In this document: positions 21,939 through 32,267 of the stretch, in pieces
How positions within the stretch are numbered: position 1 is the stretch's first letter
Layout: every line of letters begins with the position of its first letter
DNA from: an uncultured delta proteobacterium
GTDB taxonomy: Bacteria > Desulfobacterota > Binatia > JACPRU01
Assembly (NCBI GenBank): GCA_963745025.1
Contig: CAVUWD010000016.1
Span: 448,001-512,000 of the forward strand
DNA length: 64,000 bases
Direction of reading: 5' to 3'
The notes under the pieces: generated by a model
The model's input: only the letters and a program-made list of their open reading frames with translations
Database searches by the model: none
What the model was told of the DNA's origin: nothing
Position numbers and translations under genes: made by a program

Positions 21939-23693
21939 TCACTCCTCGATCGCGGTTTCGGGAGTCTCCTTCTTCCCCTTGGCGAAAGGCCCGTCGCCGG
22001 TGAGAATCACGCCGTTCGTCTTCACGTATTGGTCCCACAGCGCGAGCAGCGCCTTCCGCTTGTCGGGATTCGCCTTGGAAAGGTCGCGCAACTCTGCCGC
22101 ATCGTCGCGTAGGTTGAAAAGCTGCCACTCGCCAGTGCCGCCCGCACTCTTCATGAGATAGAGCAGCTTCCAGTCACCTTGCCGCACGGCGCGATTGCCG
22201 AACAGCTCCCAACCGAGCCAGTCCTGGTCCGTGCGCACGGCCGCGGCGTTCCCGGCGAGGAGCGGCACCATCGACTTGCCGGTGATAGGCGCCAACTTGC
22301 TCTCCGCTTGCTTCGATGGATGCTCCGCGCCGGCGACTTCGAGGAAGGTCGGCACGAGGTCGGTTACGTGAAGCACCGCGTCGCTGACATCCCCGCTGTG
22401 CTTCACGCCCCGCCCGGCGACGATGAGCGGTGAGCGTATCCCGCCCTCGGCAGCGTAACTCTTGAACATTCGGAACGGCCCGCTTCCCACCTGCGCCCAC
22501 GCCGGACCGTAGCCCACAAGCGAGCCCTTGCGGCCCCAATTCTCGGGCTTGAGATCGAAGTGCTCCTCCGTCCATTTCCTGAGGCCGGGACCGAGCGTGT
22601 CGACCAGCGCGAGCGGTTCCGTGAACTCCGCGCCGTTGTCCGAGAGGAAGACCACTAGCGTGTTGTCCAGCTTGCCGATGGTTTCGAGATGATCGAGCAC
22701 TCGGCCGATGTGGTAGTCCATGTTCGCCAGCATCGCGGCATAGATTTCCATCTTCCGGGCCGAAAGTTTCTGCTGCTCCTTAGTCAGCTTCTCCCACGCG
22801 GGGATGTTGGGCAGTCGCGGGAACGCCTGCACGTCTTTGCCAATGATCTCGATTTCCTTCATCCGCGCGAGACGTTCGGCGCGCACGGCATCATAGCCTT
22901 TGTCATACCGGCCCTTGTATTTGTCGAGCCAGTCGTCGGGCGCGGCAAAGGGACTGTGCACGGCCTGGAACGAGAGATAGGCGAAGAAGGGTTTGCCGTC
23001 GTCCTTGTGCTCGTCCACGGACTGCATGATGAAATCGCTGAACGCCGCTGACGAGAAGTGATCGTCGGGCAGCTTGTCGATGAGCTTTCCGTTACGCGTG
23101 AAGATGAGGTGAGGATGCGCGGGGTTAGGGTACATCATGTCCGACCAGTTGCTGCCGCCGCCTTGCATCAGCGTGAAGTCGCGTTCGAAGCCCTTGGCGG
23201 CCGGCCAGCTCCCCGGTTCCTCGCCGAGGTGCCACTTGCCGGCCATGTAGGTGTGATAGCCTGCGTCGCGGAGCACGCTCGCGACGCTCACCATACGGTC
23301 GTTCAAGTGCCCCTCGTAGCCCGGTTTGCCCTTCTGCTCAGGGCCGAGATACTCGGCCATGTTACCGAGGCCGGCGACGTGGTTGTCGACTCCGCTGAGG
23401 AGCATCGAGCGCGTCGGCGAGCATGTCGGGCCGACGTAAAAGCTCGTCGCCCGTAGGCCGCTCTTGGCGAGCGCATCGAGATTCGGCGTCTTGATCTCAC
23501 CGCCGAAGCTACCCATGTCCGAATATCCCATGTCGTCCGCGACGATCAGAAGGATGTTCGGTTTCTTGTTCTCCTCGCCGGGGTCCGCTGCGTGCACGCG
23601 CTCGCACACGATGAACGCGACGGCCGCCAGAACGCCGACCAGTGCCGCGACGTGGTAGTTCTGCTTGCGCCTGGTTTTCACGCGCGACTTCAC
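21939..23693 (-). CDS. Arylsulfatase (Cys-type, exported)
   Basis: PNILLIVADDMG, CSPTR formylglycine motif and GKWHLG; N-terminal signal peptide. Start codon uncertain. Confidence 0.92.
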   Translation of the reverse strand: MKSRVKTRRKQNYHVAALVGVLAAVAFIVCERVHAADPGEENKKPNILLIVADDMGYSDMGSFGGEIKTPNLDALAKSGLRATSFYVGPTCSPTRSMLLSGVDNHVAGLGNMAEYLGPEQKGKPGYEGHLNDRMVSVASVLRDAGYHTYMAGKWHLGEEPGSWPAAKGFERDFTLMQGGGSNWSDMMYPNPAHPHLIFTRNGKLIDKLPDDHFSSAAFSDFIMQSVDEHKDDGKPFFAYLSFQAVHSPFAAPDDWLDKYKGRYDKGYDAVRAERLARMKEIEIIGKDVQAFPRLPNIPAWEKLTKEQQKLSARKMEIYAAMLANMDYHIGRVLDHLETIGKLDNTLVVFLSDNGAEFTEPLALVDTLGPGLRKWTEEHFDLKPENWGRKGSLVGYGPAWAQVGSGPFRMFKSYAAEGGIRSPLIVAGRGVKHSGDVSDAVLHVTDLVPTFLEVAGAEHPSKQAESKLAPITGKSMVPLLAGNAAAVRTDQDWLGWELFGNRAVRQGDWKLLYLMKSAGGTGEWQLFNLRDDAAELRDLSKANPDKRKALLALWDQYVKTNGVILTGDGPFAKGKKETPETAIEE

Positions 23694-24020
23694 TTTGAGC
23701 GATTCTTCGGGCTCAGGTTTTCCGCCGCTGCTCTCTACACCAGCGACCCGACAGCACTCATGGCCCCACGCGTAGATCTGCGCAAGCGGTATGCCGGCTT
23801 CCGGCTCGACAACTACCAAGCCGCGGCAGGCGCTCGGCGTCGGTCACCCAGGGCCGCGTGCCGAGATGCGTCGGTCCTGCCGGTCGGGCTGAGCGGCGAA
23901 CCTCGAAAGCGCTCCGGTGACCGATGCAGATAGACTGCCAACACGGTGCCACGTTTCCGATGCCGACCCTCGGTGCTATCCTACCCGCCTGCCTATGTGC
24001 CCGATCCCATGGTCACGCAC

Positions 24021-24296
24021 ATGACCGTTAAGCTCCTCGTCCCCTCCCCCCTGCGCCACCGCTGCGGCGGGGCGAAGGAGATCCCGCTGTCGGCCCCGAC
24101 CGTTCGCGCCGCCCTCGGGCAGCTCGAGAGCATCCATACAGCGCTGTACCAGGGCATCTGCGACGAGACGGGCAAGGTCAGAACCCACGTCAACGTGTTC
24201 GTCAACCAGACCCATGTGCGCGACCGGGAAGGGCTCGATACCACGCTCCGGCCGGGTGACGTCATCTGGATCCTTCCCGCGGTCTCAGGAGGCTGA
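24021..24296 (+). CDS. MoaD/ThiS ubiquitin-like protein
   Basis: HVNVFVN motif and C-terminal LPAVSGG. Confidence 0.9.
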   Translation: MTVKLLVPSPLRHRCGGAKEIPLSAPTVRAALGQLESIHTALYQGICDETGKVRTHVNVFVNQTHVRDREGLDTTLRPGDVIWILPAVSGG

Positions 24297-24299
24297 GCA

Positions 24300-25412
24300 A
24301 TGCCTGAAGGCGTCGTTCTCTGCGTCGGTACCAAGAAGGGGCTGTTCGTCGCCGAGGGGTCGAAGACTCGGGGGCGCTTCGCGCTGCGTGGGCCGTTCGG
24401 TCCGGGGGTGGGGGTCAACGCGGCGCTCATCGACACACGCGGCACGCCGCGGCTCTACGCCTCGTCCTGCAACCCCTTCTTCGGCATGAAAGTACTGCGC
24501 TCGACCGACCTCGGGAAGAGCTTCAAGGAGACCGAGTCGGCCCCCGCCTTCCCCAAGGACGACGGTCGGGCGCTGGCCAACATCTGGTCGCTCCAGGCGG
24601 GCGCGGGCAAGAAAGACCTGCTGGCAGGGGCCGAGCCGGCGGCGCTCTTCAGCAGTCCCGACGGCGGCGACACGTGGGAGATGGTGCCGGGCATCAGCAA
24701 CCACGAGCACTCGCGCAAGTGGCAGCCGGGCGCCGGCGGGATGTGCATGCACACGATCCTGTGCGACGGGAACCGGGTGCACCTGGGCATCTCGACCGGC
24801 GGCCACTACCTCAGCGAAGACGGCGGCGTGACCTTCAGGGCGGCCAACAACGGGGTCGGCGCGGGGTTCAACCCCGACCCCTATCCCGAGTTCGGCCAGT
24901 GCGTCCACAAGATCGCCGGCCATCCGAAAGCGCCCGGCCGGCTCTACATGCAGAACCACGGCGGCTGGGCCGGATGGGATGGGCCCGGGGGGTCGCGTCC
25001 GGACATCGGCGTGCTGCGCAGCGACGACCACGGTCACACCTGGCGGTCGATCGCCAAGGGGCTGCCGTCAGACTTCGGGTTTCCGATCGTCGTGCACCCG
25101 CACGACCCCGACACCGCCTACGTCGCGCCGCTCGTCCCGATGACGCGTACCTGCCCGGACGGTGCGCCCGCGGTCTGGCGCACGGCGGACGGCGGCGGAT
25201 CGTGGAAGCGGCTCGCGAAGGGGTTCCCGAAGAAGGACTCGTACTTCACCATCCTGCGCGACGCGATGGACATCGACGACCTCAAGTCGCCGGCGCTCTA
25301 CCTGGGCACCACGACGGGACAGCTCTGGATCGGCCGCGACGGCGGCGAGAAGTGGGACTGCCTCTTCGCCTCGCTGCCGCCGATTCACTGCGTGAAGGTG
25401 GCGGTGGTCTGA
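24300..25412 (+). CDS. BNR/Asp-box beta-propeller (sialidase-like) protein
   Basis: VGTKKGLF start; repeated SxDxGxTW/F boxes; GQCVHK. Confidence 0.85.
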   Translation: MPEGVVLCVGTKKGLFVAEGSKTRGRFALRGPFGPGVGVNAALIDTRGTPRLYASSCNPFFGMKVLRSTDLGKSFKETESAPAFPKDDGRALANIWSLQAGAGKKDLLAGAEPAALFSSPDGGDTWEMVPGISNHEHSRKWQPGAGGMCMHTILCDGNRVHLGISTGGHYLSEDGGVTFRAANNGVGAGFNPDPYPEFGQCVHKIAGHPKAPGRLYMQNHGGWAGWDGPGGSRPDIGVLRSDDHGHTWRSIAKGLPSDFGFPIVVHPHDPDTAYVAPLVPMTRTCPDGAPAVWRTADGGGSWKRLAKGFPKKDSYFTILRDAMDIDDLKSPALYLGTTTGQLWIGRDGGEKWDCLFASLPPIHCVKVAVV

Positions 25413-25504
25413 CTGTTCATGGCGCCGACGCTTTGCGAGCGAACGGCGTCCGACCGATGCATCCGCGTCGCGGCAGCGTCCCGGGCTGTGTCAACACGGT
25501 GGAA

Positions 25505-26251
25505 TCAGGCAAAGAAGTCTACCGTCGCCGTCTCGAGGTCGTACATGGCTCCGGCGATCTTGATGGTGCGCTGCGACTCGAGCTCGCGCAGCACGGCGCT
25601 CCGGTCTCGAATCTGCGCCATCGTCAACTCGACGTTCTTCCGCGCCACGGCATCGACGAAGCCGTAGTTGTTCGCGCTGCGTTCGCCACTATAGATGGTC
25701 GCCTGCACCGCCGGCTTGATCTTGGCGAGCAAACCGGTGAGGTTGCCCAGCTCCGCGTTGTCGACGGCGCCCTTGACGGCGCCGCAGGAGGTGTGCCCCA
25801 TCACCAAAGCGACCTTGGCGCCCGCCAGCTTACAGGCAAACTCCAAGCTCCCCAAGATGTCCTCACTTGCGATGTTTCCGGCGACTCGCGCGTTGAAGAT
25901 CTCCCCGATGCCCTGGTCCATGATTAACTCGGCAGGCACCCGCGAGTCGACGCAACTGAGGATGACCGCCGCGGGATACTGCCCCTTGGCACTGGCCCGC
26001 TGTTCCCTGAGGTAGTTGCGTGTCTTCGGCTCGCCCTTGCGGAAGCGTTCATTGCCGCGCTTCATCTCCGCCAGGATCTCGTCGGGCGTCATCCTGTCGC
26101 GCTGTTCTTTGGTCAGCGCATCCGCGTACGCCAGGCGATTGTCCAAACTCCCTCCGACTAGCCCGGCAGCGGCAATGGACGCCGAAAGCCGCAGGAAACC
26201 GCGACGGTCGACACGGCCGCATCCGTGCATTGCGTGGCTCCTTGAGTTCAT
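25505..26251 (-). CDS. Beta-class carbonic anhydrase with Tat signal
   Basis: DRRGFL twin-arginine signal; CVDSRV and HTSCGAV zinc ligands. Confidence 0.92.
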   Translation of the reverse strand: MNSRSHAMHGCGRVDRRGFLRLSASIAAAGLVGGSLDNRLAYADALTKEQRDRMTPDEILAEMKRGNERFRKGEPKTRNYLREQRASAKGQYPAAVILSCVDSRVPAELIMDQGIGEIFNARVAGNIASEDILGSLEFACKLAGAKVALVMGHTSCGAVKGAVDNAELGNLTGLLAKIKPAVQATIYSGERSANNYGFVDAVARKNVELTMAQIRDRSAVLRELESQRTIKIAGAMYDLETATVDFFA

Positions 26252-26340
26252 CGCTCTCCTCCTCGTGTCGTGCGGATCACGTCTCTGTCGTGGTTACTTT
26301 GGGAGCTGCGCCTTGGCGACATGGACGAAGTGAAGTTTCC

Positions 26341-26436
26341 AGGGAGAATCGAAAAATCGTCTTCATCGATGAAAGCGGGCGGAGCGAGCGACCGCATCGC
26401 GCCCGCACCTGGGTACCGCGCGGCGAGATACCCGTG
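26341..26436 (+). mobile_element. IS630 transposase fragment
   Basis: KIVFIDESG.SERPHRARTWVPRGEIPV is the first catalytic Asp motif of IS630 DDE domains. Confidence 0.75.
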
Positions 26437-26443
26437 CCGTGTC

Positions 26444-27616
26444 TCATTGTCGTTGACCGGCTCCCGTTGTGCTCTCTGCCCGCTCGGGCCGCGGCAGATA
26501 CGGCATGACCTTGGTGGCGAACAACTCGATGTTGCGCATCACCTTCGCGTGCGGCATGTCGCCGACCTGGAACGCGCCCATGAAGATTCCCGCTCCGGCG
26601 CGCTCCATGTTGCGCACCAACCGCTCGCCGACCTCCTCGGGAGTGCCGATCAGCGTCTCGTCGCTGGCGAGCGTCTCCTCGACATCGAAGGTCAGCCCGC
26701 CGCCGCGCGCCTCGATGAAGCCGCGGAGCGACTTCGAGGTGGTGTAGCCCGGGGGCAATAGCATCTGCGGCGGGATCACCAGGCAGCGCTCGGCGAAATA
26801 CTTGACGTGCGGGCGCGCCTCCTCCTTCGCCTTCTTCGAATCTTCGGCCAGGTAGACCATCGACGTCCAGCCGAAGCACTCCGGGCCGGCTTCATAGCCG
26901 TGTTTCTTCGACGCCTCCTCGCGGTACTGATCGTAGTAGCGGACGATCAGATCCATCGGCGTGAACGTGCAGATGTACGGGTAGCGTCGCGCGGCGGCCC
27001 AGGCGATCGTTTCGCTCGAGCCCTGCGACGGGCAAAAGATCGGCGGGTGCGGCTTCTGGAGCGGACGCGGCCAGACGTTGACGTAGCGGAATTGGTAATG
27101 CTCGCCGTCCCACAGGAACGGACCGGGTTCGGTCCACGCCTTCACGATCAAATCGTGCGCCTCGTAGAAGCGCTCGCGCGACACGGTCGGATCGAGGTTC
27201 AACGAGTAGTACTCGCAGCCGATCCCGCGGACGAACCCGGAGATCACCCGCCCCCCCGAGATCACGTCGATCATCGCCACCTCCTCCGCGACACGCAGAG
27301 GATTGTCTCGCAGGCAGATGCCGTTGCCGAGGATCGCGATCTTCGCGTGCTTCGTGCGCTCGCAGAGGATCGAGGCGATGACGTTCGGCGACGGCATCGT
27401 GCCGTAGCCGTTCTGATGATGCTCGTTCACGCACACGGCATCGAAGCCGAGCCCGTCGGCCGCCGCGAGCTGGTCGAGATACTCGCGGTAGATGCGATGG
27501 CCGGCCACGGGGTCATAGCAAGAATTCGGCAGCACGACCCACGAGCTCCGATAGTGGCTCTTGAAGTCTTCGGGGATGTACGGCCAGGGCATCAGATGAA
27601 AGAAGAAGATCTCCAT
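26444..27616 (-). CDS. LLM class flavin-dependent oxidoreductase
   Basis: LGFDAVCVNEHH, PLRVAEEVAMIDVISGGR and PRPLQKPHPP motifs. Confidence 0.92.
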   Translation of the reverse strand: MEIFFFHLMPWPYIPEDFKSHYRSSWVVLPNSCYDPVAGHRIYREYLDQLAAADGLGFDAVCVNEHHQNGYGTMPSPNVIASILCERTKHAKIAILGNGICLRDNPLRVAEEVAMIDVISGGRVISGFVRGIGCEYYSLNLDPTVSRERFYEAHDLIVKAWTEPGPFLWDGEHYQFRYVNVWPRPLQKPHPPIFCPSQGSSETIAWAAARRYPYICTFTPMDLIVRYYDQYREEASKKHGYEAGPECFGWTSMVYLAEDSKKAKEEARPHVKYFAERCLVIPPQMLLPPGYTTSKSLRGFIEARGGGLTFDVEETLASDETLIGTPEEVGERLVRNMERAGAGIFMGAFQVGDMPHAKVMRNIELFATKVMPYLPRPERAESTTGAGQRQ

Positions 27617-27618
27617 GC

Positions 27619-28410
27619 CTATCCCTCCCCCCGATCGGCCGCGAACGCGACGATCTTCTGCGCGAGCTCGGCGGGCTTCTCGATCGCCACGGCGTGACCG
27701 GCCCCGGGGATGACCTCGAGGCGCGCGCCGGAGATCTCGCGCACGAGCATTTCGCCGTGGGCGGGCGAGACGAACCGATCCTCGCCGCCCCACACGAGCA
27801 GCGTCGGGCACTCGATCATGTGCAGGCGCCGGTGAAGGCTCGGATTGTAAGGCCGATGCCAGGCGAGTCGGGCAACAGCGGCTTGCTCCTCCCACATCCG
27901 GACGACCACGTCCGGTGTCGGCGCGGCCGGCATGAGCGCCATGGCCTTCGAGAGATCGGCGAAGAGATAGGGGAGGGCTTCGAGGGGCTCCATGATGAAC
28001 AGATCCGGGAGCGGCTTCTCGGTCTTGACGCCGATCGGCGCGACCAGCACCAGACGCCGGATGCTCTCCGGGCGAAAGACCGCCATCTCGGTGGCAATCC
28101 ATCCACCGAGCGAGAGCCCGACGACGACCGGCGATTCGAGCCCGAGCACGCGTACGAGGTCCAGCGTGTGCAGCGCGACGTCGTCGGCGCCACGCACCCA
28201 TCCCGGCAGCGGCGTTCCCGCGAAGCCGGGCTGCACCGGAGCGAACACGGTGAAGCGCTCCGCAAGACGCGCGTGAAGATCGAGCCACATGCCCGCGCCG
28301 CCCGCGCCGTGGAGGAGAAGCAGCGGAGGGCCGCTTCCCGCGCTCTGCAGCAAAACGTCGTAGTCGCGAACCCGGACTTGGGTCGTCTGCGCCGCGTTCA
28401 CTCGCCCCAC
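27619..28410 (-). CDS. Alpha/beta hydrolase
   Basis: LLHGAGG, GLSLGG nucleophile elbow and AGH motifs. Confidence 0.9.
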   Translation of the reverse strand: MGRVNAAQTTQVRVRDYDVLLQSAGSGPPLLLLHGAGGAGMWLDLHARLAERFTVFAPVQPGFAGTPLPGWVRGADDVALHTLDLVRVLGLESPVVVGLSLGGWIATEMAVFRPESIRRLVLVAPIGVKTEKPLPDLFIMEPLEALPYLFADLSKAMALMPAAPTPDVVVRMWEEQAAVARLAWHRPYNPSLHRRLHMIECPTLLVWGGEDRFVSPAHGEMLVREISGARLEVIPGAGHAVAIEKPAELAQKIVAFAADRGEG

Positions 28411-28720
28411 CTCACTCGGCGGACCATCGATCCGCCCGCTTTGCCGCCGCCTCGAAATGCAACACGAGGCTCCGCCATGCCTCGATGCGCTCGTTCGCTT
28501 CTCCGCAACAGGTGGTATCCCAGGTGCAAGATCGCGGCAATCACATGCGCCGCACTCTCGTCGGAACGTCTTTCGACACGGCGATGCCGATGGCCGCGGG
28601 GAAGAGCTCGCGGATGTCTCCGCGCGGGGAGCACGAGGCGCGGCAGGCCGCGCGGGCCCTCTCCGATCAACTTCGGGGGAATCACCGGCCGTTCTCCGTC
28701 ATCGATCGATCCGCCCTCGC

Positions 28721-29386
28721 TCACGCTCGCTCCTGGTGCACGATCTGCAGCGCCACCAGCCGCGCCACGAGGACGGCGAGGTAGAGCTGTCCGGCGATCG
28801 CCTGCACGGTCGCCAGCGACCGTGCAGGAGGCGTGGCAGGCGTGATGTCGCCGTAGCCCATCGTCGTCTGCGTCACGTAGCTGAAGTAGAGCAGGGCGCG
28901 GCGAAGGCCCTGGGCGTCGTGCGGGCGCGTGCTCATCGCGAACGAGCCGGGATGGATCGTCTCCAGCACGACGTAGGCGGCGCCGAACACGAACCCGAAG
29001 AGGAGATAGACGCAGAGCGCGCCAGTGACGACTTCCGAGGTCACCTCCGCCGCGGCCAACACGGCACGGAGCACGCCGATCGTAACGAACAGCAGGAAGC
29101 TGCCGAACAAGACGTCGGCCACCAGCCGCACGTTCGGCGCGTCGGAGAGCATCTCGAGTACGGTGGCGCCGACGGTAGGTACGCCGAGAGCCAAGGCGAG
29201 CCAGCGCAGGCGGCGGCCCCGGGTCACCGAGAACAGAGCCGACAGGAGTACCGCTAGCGAAAAGGGACCGAGGAGCGTCCTGGCCATGCTGGCGCTTTCG
29301 AGCAACGGATACGCCAGCCAGTCGAGCAGAATGGCCACGAAGAGGATGAGGAAACGCCGCTCGGCGATGACGGACGCGAAGCGCAT
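28721..29386 (-). CDS. Potassium channel family (Ion_trans_2) protein
   Basis: YFSYVTQTTMGYGDITP selectivity filter. Confidence 0.9.
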   Translation of the reverse strand: MRFASVIAERRFLILFVAILLDWLAYPLLESASMARTLLGPFSLAVLLSALFSVTRGRRLRWLALALGVPTVGATVLEMLSDAPNVRLVADVLFGSFLLFVTIGVLRAVLAAAEVTSEVVTGALCVYLLFGFVFGAAYVVLETIHPGSFAMSTRPHDAQGLRRALLYFSYVTQTTMGYGDITPATPPARSLATVQAIAGQLYLAVLVARLVALQIVHQERA

Positions 29387-29594
29387 GTCGTCACGCCGAC
29401 ACGATCAAGCCCGTGGTGAGGAGGTACTCACGAGGTGGCTGAATGGGGCGAGGGACAAAATCGGTCCGCCGTCACGTCTTGCGGCAGCTCCGTGACTCAC
29501 GCCCCACGGCGATGATCTTGGCTGCGCATTCCCGTGCGCGGCTACTCCAGAAGTTGCCGGGGCTGAACATTGCTTCGGTCTCAGGGGCGAATTC

Positions 29595-30569
29595 TTACGC
29601 GTCTCGATCCAGCACGATTTTCAGAAGATGGGCTGCGGCGGCATCAACGTCGATTTCTCCCCTGTTGACTCGGTCGCACAGCGCCATGATGGCAGGATCG
29701 CGAGTGGTGCGGATGTGGTGGCGCACATGATCGGCGGCGATTTCGGCAATGATGTCGCGTACCCGCAGGCGTGGGTCCTGTCTCCGGTCCGCATCGTTGC
29801 GATTCGCGGCATGTCCCGTCAGAGTATCCGCAAGCAATGGGATTCCCTGACCGGTGGTCGCGGTCGTCGACACGATTACGGCCGATCCTAGCATCGGGTC
29901 GCGCAAGTCCAGCATAGCCCGCAATTGTCGCACGGTGTTTTCCGCCAGGGGCTGGTCGCTCTTGTTCACGACCAGGATATCGGCGATCTCGAGCACTCCG
30001 GCCTTGATCGCCTGAATCTCATCTCCAAGCCCTGGAGCGCAAACCACGATCCTGGTCTTGGCGAAGTCGGCGATTTCGACCTCGGACTGCCCGGCGCCGA
30101 CGGTCTCGATGATGATCAAATCCGGACCGGCCGCGTCCATCACTTGGATGACTCCCCAAGCGGTGCGGAAAAGACCTCCGAGATGCCCTCGCGAGGCCAG
30201 TGACCGCACGAACACGCCCTTGTCACCGCTGTGACTTGCCATGCGGATTCGGTCGCCCAGGATTGCGCCACCGGTCAGCGGGCTCGTCGGGTCCACGGCC
30301 AGGACGCCTACGGTCTTTCCCCTGCGCCTGAGTTCGGTGATCAAGGCATCAATCAGTGTCGACTTACCGACCCCGGGCGGACCGGTGACGCCGACGACGG
30401 TTGCCTTTCCCAAGTGCGGCTGGATGGCGGAGAGAATCGCCGCGGCACCCTCCAAGCCGTTTTCCACGACGGTAATGGCCCTGGCCACTGCCATGGGTTC
30501 GCCCTGCAACAGACCCTCCAGCAGCTTGCTGTAGCTGCCTGCTCCCACAGCAGGATGCGCGCGGCTCAT
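29595..30569 (-). CDS. meaB: MeaB/ArgK G-protein chaperone
   Basis: GPPGVGKST, AVDPTSP..GGAILGDRIRM, ETVGAGQSE and VNKSD motifs. Confidence 0.93.
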   Translation of the reverse strand: MSRAHPAVGAGSYSKLLEGLLQGEPMAVARAITVVENGLEGAAAILSAIQPHLGKATVVGVTGPPGVGKSTLIDALITELRRRGKTVGVLAVDPTSPLTGGAILGDRIRMASHSGDKGVFVRSLASRGHLGGLFRTAWGVIQVMDAAGPDLIIIETVGAGQSEVEIADFAKTRIVVCAPGLGDEIQAIKAGVLEIADILVVNKSDQPLAENTVRQLRAMLDLRDPMLGSAVIVSTTATTGQGIPLLADTLTGHAANRNDADRRQDPRLRVRDIIAEIAADHVRHHIRTTRDPAIMALCDRVNRGEIDVDAAAAHLLKIVLDRDA

Positions 30570-32263
30570 ACGACGACAAGCGGTTCGCCAAAACCGACCA
30601 CTTCCCTGACGCGCCGGCAAATTTCGCCATGGGTTACGCTTGCATCCAGCGCATTCACCACCGCCTCGTAGGTGTTTTCGGTCTCGCTTTCGAAGGCGCG
30701 CGCAATGTCGTCCAGGGCTTGATCGACCCGATGCTGATCGCGGTTGGCCCGAAAACGGCCGAGCCTGGCCAGACACGCATCGATCTTCGCCGGATCCGGT
30801 CGCTCTGGCGGCGGCGCTTGCTCATGCCCACCATTCAGTGCGTACTTGTTTACGCCGACGATCGTCTGTTCCTTGCTTTCCACTTTCTGCTGGAAGTCAA
30901 AGGCGGATTTGCCGATCATCTTCTGCACGAACCCCGTCTGGACAGCGGCGTACATGCCTCCCTGGTCGTCAATCGCCCGGATGATGGAGAGCATTTCCTC
31001 CTCCATCCGGCTGGTCAGCGCCTCGATATAGTAAGAGCCGCCTAGCGGGTCGATCACGTCGTCGAGATTCGCCTCTTCGCGCAGAATATTTTGGGTCGCT
31101 ACCGCGATACGAACAGATGCCTCGGTGGGACTACAGATGGCCTCGTCGAAACTGTCCGTGTGAAGAGATTGGAGGCCGCCAAAGATTCCCGCCATGGCCT
31201 GGATGGTGACCCGTGCGATGTTATTCAGCGGTTGCTGTCGGGTCAGGTCGGCACCCGAGGTCTGAGCGTGAAAGCGGAACCGTTGCGACCGCGGATCCCG
31301 GGCTTTGAGTCGCTCCCGCGTGATGCGATTCCAGATGCGCCGCCCTGCGCGGAATTTCGCGATCTCCTCGAAGAAGCTGATGGAGATGTCAAAAAAGAAG
31401 CTGAAGCGCGGTAAAAAGGAATCCGACGCATTGCCGCGCGCGATCAAATCCTCCGCATACTGAATCGCCGAGGAGATGGCGAAGGCCATCGCTTCCACCG
31501 GCGTCGCCCCGGCTTGCTGCGTATGCTGGCCGATCACGGATAGAGGATTCCACTTGGGAACGTTTCGGTTCATCCACTCGATATGATCCAGGAGCACCCG
31601 TTTCTGGCCGGGAAGCGCGATGCGATAAAACATGTGCAGGGCGGCGTAGTGAGAGAGGTAGTCCGACTGGTTGGTAGTGCCGCCCAGGGAACGCCAGGGA
31701 ATTGATCGATCCTTGGCCGCCTTGAGGTACAGGGCCGACAGCGTGTAGGGCGCAGTGTCGCCAAGACTAACCGACTCCTTCTCGAGGGGAAGTCCTTCGA
31801 GACAGATCGACATATCCTCGGACGTGGAAATCACCGTGCCGCACGTACCGAGCAACTCGCGCTCCACCTCGTCCGCGTCATAACCCCGCATGTGGCTGTT
31901 GCAAGGTGACACGTACAGCCCTGTCAGGCCCAGAGCATAGAGTTCGCGCATTCGTTTGTTGTAGTCCTCGGGGACGCCTAGGCCGACCACCATGCGGGGA
32001 CTCCAGGGGCGCCCACGATGCATGCTGGCATAGATTCCGCGCGTGGTGGGGGCTTGGCCGGGAACTCCCAGATCTTCCATATAGCGCGCGGAATCCCAAT
32101 CCTCGGGTCCGTAGAGCGGTTTGATCGGCAAACCCGAGCGGTTGACGCGCTCCGCACCCGCGCCCAAATGGGTCCCTAGCTCTTGCTCCCATTCGGCCTT
32201 CGCCTCTTCATAGGGGCGAGACACAATGGCCTTCGGCTGTGGACTCCTCGCTCGATTTTTCAT
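30566..32263 (-). CDS. B12-dependent acyl-CoA mutase, large subunit (divergent)
   Basis: FFEEIAKFRAGRRIW, RFHAQTSG..LTRQQPLNNIARVTIQA and DPLGGSYYIE; active-site motifs non-canonical. Confidence 0.9.
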   Translation of the reverse strand: MKNRARSPQPKAIVSRPYEEAKAEWEQELGTHLGAGAERVNRSGLPIKPLYGPEDWDSARYMEDLGVPGQAPTTRGIYASMHRGRPWSPRMVVGLGVPEDYNKRMRELYALGLTGLYVSPCNSHMRGYDADEVERELLGTCGTVISTSEDMSICLEGLPLEKESVSLGDTAPYTLSALYLKAAKDRSIPWRSLGGTTNQSDYLSHYAALHMFYRIALPGQKRVLLDHIEWMNRNVPKWNPLSVIGQHTQQAGATPVEAMAFAISSAIQYAEDLIARGNASDSFLPRFSFFFDISISFFEEIAKFRAGRRIWNRITRERLKARDPRSQRFRFHAQTSGADLTRQQPLNNIARVTIQAMAGIFGGLQSLHTDSFDEAICSPTEASVRIAVATQNILREEANLDDVIDPLGGSYYIEALTSRMEEEMLSIIRAIDDQGGMYAAVQTGFVQKMIGKSAFDFQQKVESKEQTIVGVNKYALNGGHEQAPPPERPDPAKIDACLARLGRFRANRDQHRVDQALDDIARAFESETENTYEAVVNALDASVTHGEICRRVREVVGFGEPLVVV

Positions 32264-32267
32264 CGGA

